DNA of 33,167 nucleotides from an uncultured Clostridia bacterium (GTDB lineage Bacteria; Bacillota; Clostridia; TANB77; CAG-508): NCBI GenBank assembly GCA_944388015.1, contig CALXHD010000002.1, positions 1 to 33,167 of the forward strand, read 5' to 3'. Shown piece by piece: positions 28,097 to 33,167 of this stretch (position 1 is its first letter; each line of letters starts with the position of its first letter). The notes under the pieces were generated by a model. It saw only the letters and a program-made list of their open reading frames with translations, ran no database searches and was not told where the DNA came from. The position numbers and the translations under genes were made by a program.

Positions 28097-29441
28097 ATGA
28101 AACCTAAAATGGAAGTAGGAAAAGTACCACCACATGACTTAGAAGCGGAGCAGGCAGTTATTGGAAGTATGCTTACAGATAATGATGCTGTAATTTCTAG
28201 TATAGAGGTATTAAAGCCTGAAGATTTTTATAGAGAGGATAACAAAATAATATATACAGCAATGGTTAACTTATATAATAGGGCAGAGCCAATAGATTTA
28301 ATAACAGTAAAATCAGAACTAGAATCCATGGGAAAGTTTGACCAGGTAGGTGGAATAGAATATATAGCAGAATTACCTGAAAAAGTTCCAACAACAGCAA
28401 ATGCAAATAAATATATTAAAATTGTAGAAGAAAAATCAATATTGAGAAACTTAATAAAAACTGCAAATGAAATAATAGAACTTGGATATGATCCAACAGA
28501 AGAATTAGATGATATTATGGAAGGTGCAGAAAAGAAAATTTTTAATCTAATGCAAGATAAAAATCAAAAAGGATATGCACAGCTTAAAGATGTTTTAGTA
28601 GATAGTTTTACACAATTAGAGGAATTGTATAATAGAAAACAACATATAACAGGTATACCAAGTGGATTTGCAGATTTGGATTATAGAACAGCAGGTTTCC
28701 ATGGTTCAGAACTTATTCTAATAGCTGCAAGACCAGCAATGGGAAAATCAGCATTTGCTTTAAATATTGCGACACATGTAGCTGTTAGAGCTAAAAAACC
28801 AGTTGCAATATTTAGTTTAGAGATGTCAAAGGAACAAATGGTAAATAGAATTTTATGTAGTGAAGCAATGGTTGATAGTAATAAAGTAAGGACAGGAAAA
28901 TTAGAAGAAGAAGATTGGGCAAAACTTGCAGAAACTATTGGACCATTGTCAGAAGCACAAATATTTATTGATGATACACCACGGAATATCAATTACTGAA
29001 ATTAGGGCAAAATGTAGAAAACTAAAATTGGAAAAAGACATAGGAATGGTTGTAATTGACTATTTACAATTGATTCAAGGTTCTAATAAAAGGAATGGAA
29101 GTCGTGAGCAAGAAATTTCTGAAATTAGTCGTTCTTTAAAAATATTAGCAAAAGAATTAGATGTACCAGTAATAGCTTTATCACAATTATCTAGAGCTGT
29201 TGAACAAAGACCTGACCATAGACCTATGCTTTCAGATTTACGTGAATCTGGAGCGATTGAGCAAGATGCAGATATAGTTATGTTTTTGTATCGTGATGAT
29301 TATTATAATGAAGATAGTGAAAAGAAAAACATTGCAGAAGTAATAATTGCAAAACATAGAGGCGGATCTACAGGAACAATTGATTTAGGATGGTTTGGTA
29401 CATATACAAAATTTGTTAATTTGGAAAAAAGATTTGAATAA
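28097..29441 (+). CDS. dnaB: Replicative DNA helicase DnaB (DnaC in B. subtilis nomenclature), with its reading frame interrupted by one extra nucleotide at about 28982
   Basis: ORF 28097-28999 carries the N-terminal domain ([16 protein letters not shown]), Walker A ([13 protein letters not shown]) and FSLEMS. ORF 28926-29441 in the +1 frame carries [30 protein letters not shown] and IAKHRGG. Joining ...IFIDDTP (ending 28981) to GISITEIR (starting 28983) gives a normal protein of about 447 aa, so one base in ACACCACGG is extra. Confidence 0.9.
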
Positions 29442-29489
29442 GACTTAATAATAGTTACAATGAATTTATGCTAAGGAATGTGAATATGT

Positions 29490-30509
29490 ATGGAAGAAAA
29501 AGTATTACAAACTATAAAAAAGTACAATTTAATACAAAATAATGACAAAATAATTTTAGCAGTTTCAGGTGGGCCTGACTCTATTGCAATGCTAAATTGT
29601 TTATTTAATTTAAAAATAAAATTAGAGGAAAAAGAAAATTTAAGATTTCAAATTTATGTAGCACATGTTAATCATATGATAAGAGAAGAAGCAAAATCAG
29701 ATGAAACATATGTACAAGAATTGTGTGATAAGCTAAATATTCCATTTTTTTCTAAAAGTATAGATGTAAAGAAAATAGCACATAATAATAAAATGGGAAT
29801 AGAAGAAACAGGAAGAATGGAAAGATATAATTTTTTTGATGAAATTATGCAAGAACTTAGTGGAAATAAGATTGCAATTGCACATAATAAAAATGATAAA
29901 ATAGAAACAATTATAATGCATTTATTAAGAGGAACAGGATTAAATGGATTAATAGGTTTAGAACCTATAAAAAACAATAAATATATTAGACCTTTATTAG
30001 AATGTTCTAGACAGGAAATTGAAGAATATTGTGAAAAAAATAATTTAAATCCAAAAATTGATAAAACAAATTTTGATAATACATATACAAGAAATAAAAT
30101 CAGGAATATAGTAATTCCCTATGTAAAACAAGAGTTTAATCCAAACATTATAGAAACATTAGACAGATTATCAGATCTTGTTAAAGAAGAAGAATTGTAT
30201 ATAACAAAACAAGTAGAAAAAATATATAGGGAAATATGTATATGTGAAAGTAAATCAAAAATAATTCTTAACTTAAAACAATTTAATTACCAAGATAAAG
30301 TCATAAAATCAAAAATTCTGTTATATACTATTACAAAGATTTTTGGAGATAGTAAAGGTGTAGAAAAAATACATATAGAAGATTTAATAAAACTATGTAG
30401 TAATAATATTGGTAATAAATATTTAATGCCAAATAAAAATTTAAAAGTTTTAGTAAAAAATGGACAAATTTATTTTATAGACCAAAGGCAAGTATCCGTA
30501 GAAAGTTAG
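29490..30509 (+). CDS. tilS: tRNA(Ile)-lysidine synthase TilS (short form)
   Basis: PP-loop motif AVSGGPDSIAML, AHVNH, and AHNKNDKIETIIMHLLRGTG. It sits upstream of ftsH as in other Firmicutes. Confidence 0.88.
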   Translation: MEEKVLQTIKKYNLIQNNDKIILAVSGGPDSIAMLNCLFNLKIKLEEKENLRFQIYVAHVNHMIREEAKSDETYVQELCDKLNIPFFSKSIDVKKIAHNNKMGIEETGRMERYNFFDEIMQELSGNKIAIAHNKNDKIETIIMHLLRGTGLNGLIGLEPIKNNKYIRPLLECSRQEIEEYCEKNNLNPKIDKTNFDNTYTRNKIRNIVIPYVKQEFNPNIIETLDRLSDLVKEEELYITKQVEKIYREICICESKSKIILNLKQFNYQDKVIKSKILLYTITKIFGDSKGVEKIHIEDLIKLCSNNIGNKYLMPNKNLKVLVKNGQIYFIDQRQVSVES

Positions 30510-30551
30510 AAAAGTACATAAGATTGTCACAAAAAAGACACAAAAAAACAC

Positions 30552-30580
30552 TTGAAAAACACACATTTATATGTTATAAA
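30552..30580 (+). promoter_or_regulatory. Sigma-A promoter (extended -10) for ftsH, bracketed by an 8-bp inverted repeat
   Basis: TTGAAA (30552-30557), 17-nt spacer, TGtTATAAA (30572-30580). CACTTGAA (30549-30556) and TTCAAGTG (30581-30588) flank it. Confidence 0.5.
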
Positions 30581-30624
30581 TTCAAGTGAAAAAAACATTG
30601 CATTAACTAGAAGGAGGAATTATT

Positions 30625-32430
30625 TTGAAAAATAATATAAAGACATTAGCAATGTGGCTAATAATAGGTGTTATTTTTATAATTGTATTATCATCTGTAA
30701 TGGAAAACTCAAACAAAAAGATGAAATACTCTGAATTAATTACAAATATTAATGAAGGAAAAGTAGAGGCAATCCAAATTGAATCAGATGGTAAAACAGC
30801 AAATGTAGAATTAACAGATGACAAAGTTATAAAACAAGTTAATATTCCAAATATGGAAAACTTTATGAATTATACACAAGATTTTATAAAAAATGGATCA
30901 TTTACATTAGAAGAAAAGTCTCAATCTATTTTTGTAACAATTCTTAGTTTCTTAACTCCATTTGGATTACTAATAATTTTCTTTATATTTTGGTTCTTAA
31001 TGATGGGTGGAGCAAATGGAGCACAAGGAGGAGGAAAAACATTATCTTTTGGTAAAAGTAAGGCAAAGATGATGACTCCAGCAGACAGAAATAAAATATC
31101 TTTTGATGATGTAGCAGGTGTTGATGAGGAAAAAGAAGAATTACAAGAAATAGTAGAATTCTTAAAAAATCCAAAAAAATTCACAGATATGGGAGCAAGA
31201 ATACCAAAAGGAGTTTTATTAGTAGGTCAACCAGGTACAGGTAAAACTCTTTTAGCAAAGGCAGTAGCAGGAGAAGCGGGAGTACCATTTTTTATTATAA
31301 GTGGTTCTGATTTTGTTGAAATGTTTGTCGGTGTTGGTGCTTCAAGGGTTAGAGATTTATTTGATGAGGCTAAAAGAAATGCACCATGTATTGTATTTAT
31401 AGATGAAATTGATGCAGTTGGACGTCAAAGAGGTGCAGGACTTGGTGGTGGACATGACGAAAGAGAACAAACTTTAAATCAATTATTAGTTGAAATGGAT
31501 GGATTCTCTGAAAATGAAGGTGTTATAGTACTAGCAGCTACAAATAGACCTGATGTACTTGATAAAGCATTATTACGTGCAGGTAGATTTGATAGACAAA
31601 TTGTAGTAGGTGCACCTGATGTAAAAGCTAGAGAACAAATTTTGGAAGTACATGCAAGAAAGAAAAAATTAGCTGATGATGTAGACTTAAAAGTAATCGC
31701 TAAAAATACATCAGGCTTTGCAGGAGCAGATCTTGAAAATGTATTAAATGAGGCAGCATTATTAGCAGCAAGAAGAGGTTTACCACAAATAGGAATGAAA
31801 GAAATAGAAGATGCCATGGTTAAAGTAACTATGGGACCTGAAAAAAAGACTAGAGTCAGAAGTGATAAAGAAAATAAATTGGTATCTTATCATGAAGCAG
31901 GTCATGCAGTTGTAAGTCACTATTTGGAGACTCAAGATCCTGTACATCAAATATCAATTGTTCCAAGAGGAATGGCTGGAGGATATACAATGTATCGTCC
32001 AACAGAAGATAAAAACTTTATGTCAAAAACAGAAATGGAGGAAAATATTGTATCTCTACTTGGTGGAAGGGTAGCAGAAGCACTTATCTTAAATGATATT
32101 TCAACAGGTGCAAGCAATGATATTGAAAGAGCTACACAGATTGCAAGGAGTATGGTTACAAAATATGGAATGAGTGATAGAATTGGAACAATAACTCTAG
32201 GTTCTAGCCAAAATGAAGTATTTTTAGGTAGAGATTTAGCACAATCTAAAGAATATTCAGAAGAAACTGCAGCTATAATCGATGAAGAAGTAAAAAATAT
32301 TGTTGATAAAGGATATAATAGAGCTAGACAAATTTTGACTGAGCATGTGGATAAATTACATGCAGTTGCACAGATTTTATTAGAAAAAGAAAAAATTGAA
32401 TCAGATGAATTTGAAGCTATTTTTTCTTAA
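30625..32430 (+). CDS. ftsH: ATP-dependent zinc metalloprotease FtsH
   Basis: AGGAGG RBS before the TTG start. Two TM helices. AAA+ Walker [19 protein letters not shown] and Walker [10 protein letters not shown]. The second region of homology is [20 protein letters not shown]. The zinc site is HEAGHAV. Confidence 0.97.
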   Translation: MKNNIKTLAMWLIIGVIFIIVLSSVMENSNKKMKYSELITNINEGKVEAIQIESDGKTANVELTDDKVIKQVNIPNMENFMNYTQDFIKNGSFTLEEKSQSIFVTILSFLTPFGLLIIFFIFWFLMMGGANGAQGGGKTLSFGKSKAKMMTPADRNKISFDDVAGVDEEKEELQEIVEFLKNPKKFTDMGARIPKGVLLVGQPGTGKTLLAKAVAGEAGVPFFIISGSDFVEMFVGVGASRVRDLFDEAKRNAPCIVFIDEIDAVGRQRGAGLGGGHDEREQTLNQLLVEMDGFSENEGVIVLAATNRPDVLDKALLRAGRFDRQIVVGAPDVKAREQILEVHARKKKLADDVDLKVIAKNTSGFAGADLENVLNEAALLAARRGLPQIGMKEIEDAMVKVTMGPEKKTRVRSDKENKLVSYHEAGHAVVSHYLETQDPVHQISIVPRGMAGGYTMYRPTEDKNFMSKTEMEENIVSLLGGRVAEALILNDISTGASNDIERATQIARSMVTKYGMSDRIGTITLGSSQNEVFLGRDLAQSKEYSEETAAIIDEEVKNIVDKGYNRARQILTEHVDKLHAVAQILLEKEKIESDEFEAIFS

Positions 32431-32445
32431 AATGTAGGAGTTACC

Positions 32446-33072
32446 ATGAAAAATTATTATCAAATATTACAAGTAGATGAAAAAGCATCAGTAGAAATAA
32501 TAGAAAAAGCATATAAGGTTTTGGTAAAAAGGTATCATCCAGACTTACAAAAAAATGAAAAAAATAAAAGTATATCTGAGCAAAAATTAAAAGAAATTAA
32601 TGAAGCATATGATGTGCTTTCAGACGAATTTTTAAGAGAACAGTATGATTTTGAATTTAAAAGGGAAAAAGAGGAATTGTATAGAAAAAAATATGGTGAA
32701 AAATCATATGAATCTGAAAGAAAGGACTTTAGTAATTACAAAGCTACAACCACTAACAATTCAAAAAAAGAATCTAATAATGATAATTCACTATTAGATG
32801 ATGAGAAAGAAGAAAAAAGAAGACTGAATCAAAACTTAGGTACTATAAATGGAGTTATGGATCTTTTAAAAACATTATATAAAAGTAGACCTAAGAGGCA
32901 AGAATTTAAAGAAATGACAAAAAAGGATTTATTAGCACTTGTCTTAACAATTTTAGTAGTTATAGCAGTAGGTATTTTATTATTCAGCCTCCCTTTTACT
33001 AGAGATTGGATGAATGAACTTTTATTCGAAAATCCTGTGTTTAATTTTATAGGTAAGTTTTTTGGAATGTAA
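32446..33072 (+). CDS. J-domain (DnaJ-like) protein with a C-terminal TM helix
   Basis: NYYQILQVDEKAS...AYKVLVKRYHPDL...INEAYDVLSD is a J domain with the HPD motif. A low-complexity charged linker follows, then the TM helix LLALVLTILVVIAVGILLFSL. Confidence 0.8.
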   Translation: MKNYYQILQVDEKASVEIIEKAYKVLVKRYHPDLQKNEKNKSISEQKLKEINEAYDVLSDEFLREQYDFEFKREKEELYRKKYGEKSYESERKDFSNYKATTTNNSKKESNNDNSLLDDEKEEKRRLNQNLGTINGVMDLLKTLYKSRPKRQEFKEMTKKDLLALVLTILVVIAVGILLFSLPFTRDWMNELLFENPVFNFIGKFFGM

Positions 33073-33081
33073 TATATTTAT

Positions 33082-33135
33082 TTACAGTTATAAAATATAT
33101 TAAAAATGAATTATATATTATATTTCATAAAATTC
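33082..33135. repeat. Third copy of the arm sequence of the 1998-2250 palindrome (possibly the left arm of another element, cut by the window edge)
   Basis: GAATTATATATTATATTTCATAAA (33108-33131) is identical over 24/24 nt to the reverse complement of 2190-2213. TTACAGTT (33082-33089) and TATATTAAAAA (33096-33106) upstream match the left arm at 1999-2006 and 2025-2035. Confidence 0.8.
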
Positions 33136-33167
33136 CTATAACATAAGGGTTTGACTATTGACAATAT

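Noticed and set aside
28976-28985. Programmed +1 ribosomal frameshift in dnaB
   Set aside because: The rare CGG codon could act as a pause. However, the P-site codon CCA cannot re-pair in the +1 frame (CAC), there is no upstream SD-like stimulator at the right distance, and no such recoding is known for dnaB. A sequencing error or a true mutation is more parsimonious. It is still listed as a finding because the check is simple.
28097-29441. Intein in DnaB
   Set aside because: DnaB is a frequent intein host and the gene appears as two ORFs. The two pieces overlap, though, and together give a normal-length helicase of about 447 aa with no extra Hint/endonuclease sequence.
2711-31817. Remaining short antisense ORFs in the track (2711-2965, 8920-9111, 14105-14299, 25469-25887, 27188-27406, 27505-27943, 28681-28992, 29672-29977, 30603-30824, 30921-31184, 30983-31174, 31479-31817)
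   Set aside because: Each lies almost wholly within a confidently identified gene on the opposite strand and lacks start signals. They are treated as spurious.
1-33167. Scan for CRISPR arrays, tRNA/rRNA genes, transposases, integrases, and toxin-antitoxin or restriction-modification-type defence genes
   Set aside because: I saw no regularly spaced direct repeats, no GC-rich cloverleaf-sized islands in the intergenic regions, and no ORF with recombinase, nuclease-defence or methyltransferase motifs. The only accessory module I can support is the T7SS-like locus.

Overview
AT-rich, low-GC Firmicute-type chromosomal window from a spore-former; I cannot name the species. It holds 22 protein genes, and all but one are on the + strand. 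Most are core housekeeping genes. These are spoIIE (partial, minus strand, running off the left edge and absent from the supplied ORF track), acpS, tatD, a YabE-like wall hydrolase, exonuclease III, an AI-2E permease, rpoB, rpoC, gdpP, rplI, dnaB, tilS, ftsH and a J-domain membrane protein. No rRNA, tRNA, CRISPR array, transposase or integrase was seen. The clearly accessory content is a roughly 7.4 kb T7SSb-like secretion locus at about 9.8-17.25 kb, between the permease and rpoB. It encodes a double-length tandem WXG100-like protein, two helical proteins of unknown family, a 1529-aa FHA/FtsK-SpoIIIE EssC ATPase and a YukD/EsaB ubiquitin-like protein. It has no recognisable EssB, EsaA or EssA membrane partners. 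Other points worth a second look: (1) a roughly 250-bp imperfect palindrome in the spoIIE/WG-repeat divergent intergenic region, whose arm recurs at the right edge of the window; (2) a 35-41 bp palindromic element found twice, each time directly after an intrinsic terminator; (3) a 1-nt frame disruption in the essential dnaB gene; (4) rpoBC detached from its usual ribosomal-protein neighbours; (5) an uncharacterised two-gene membrane module (WG-repeat protein plus a 407-aa tail-anchored protein). Several sigma-A-type promoters with extended -10 boxes and several intrinsic terminators can be read directly. All functional calls rest on motif and architecture recognition by eye, and no searches were run.
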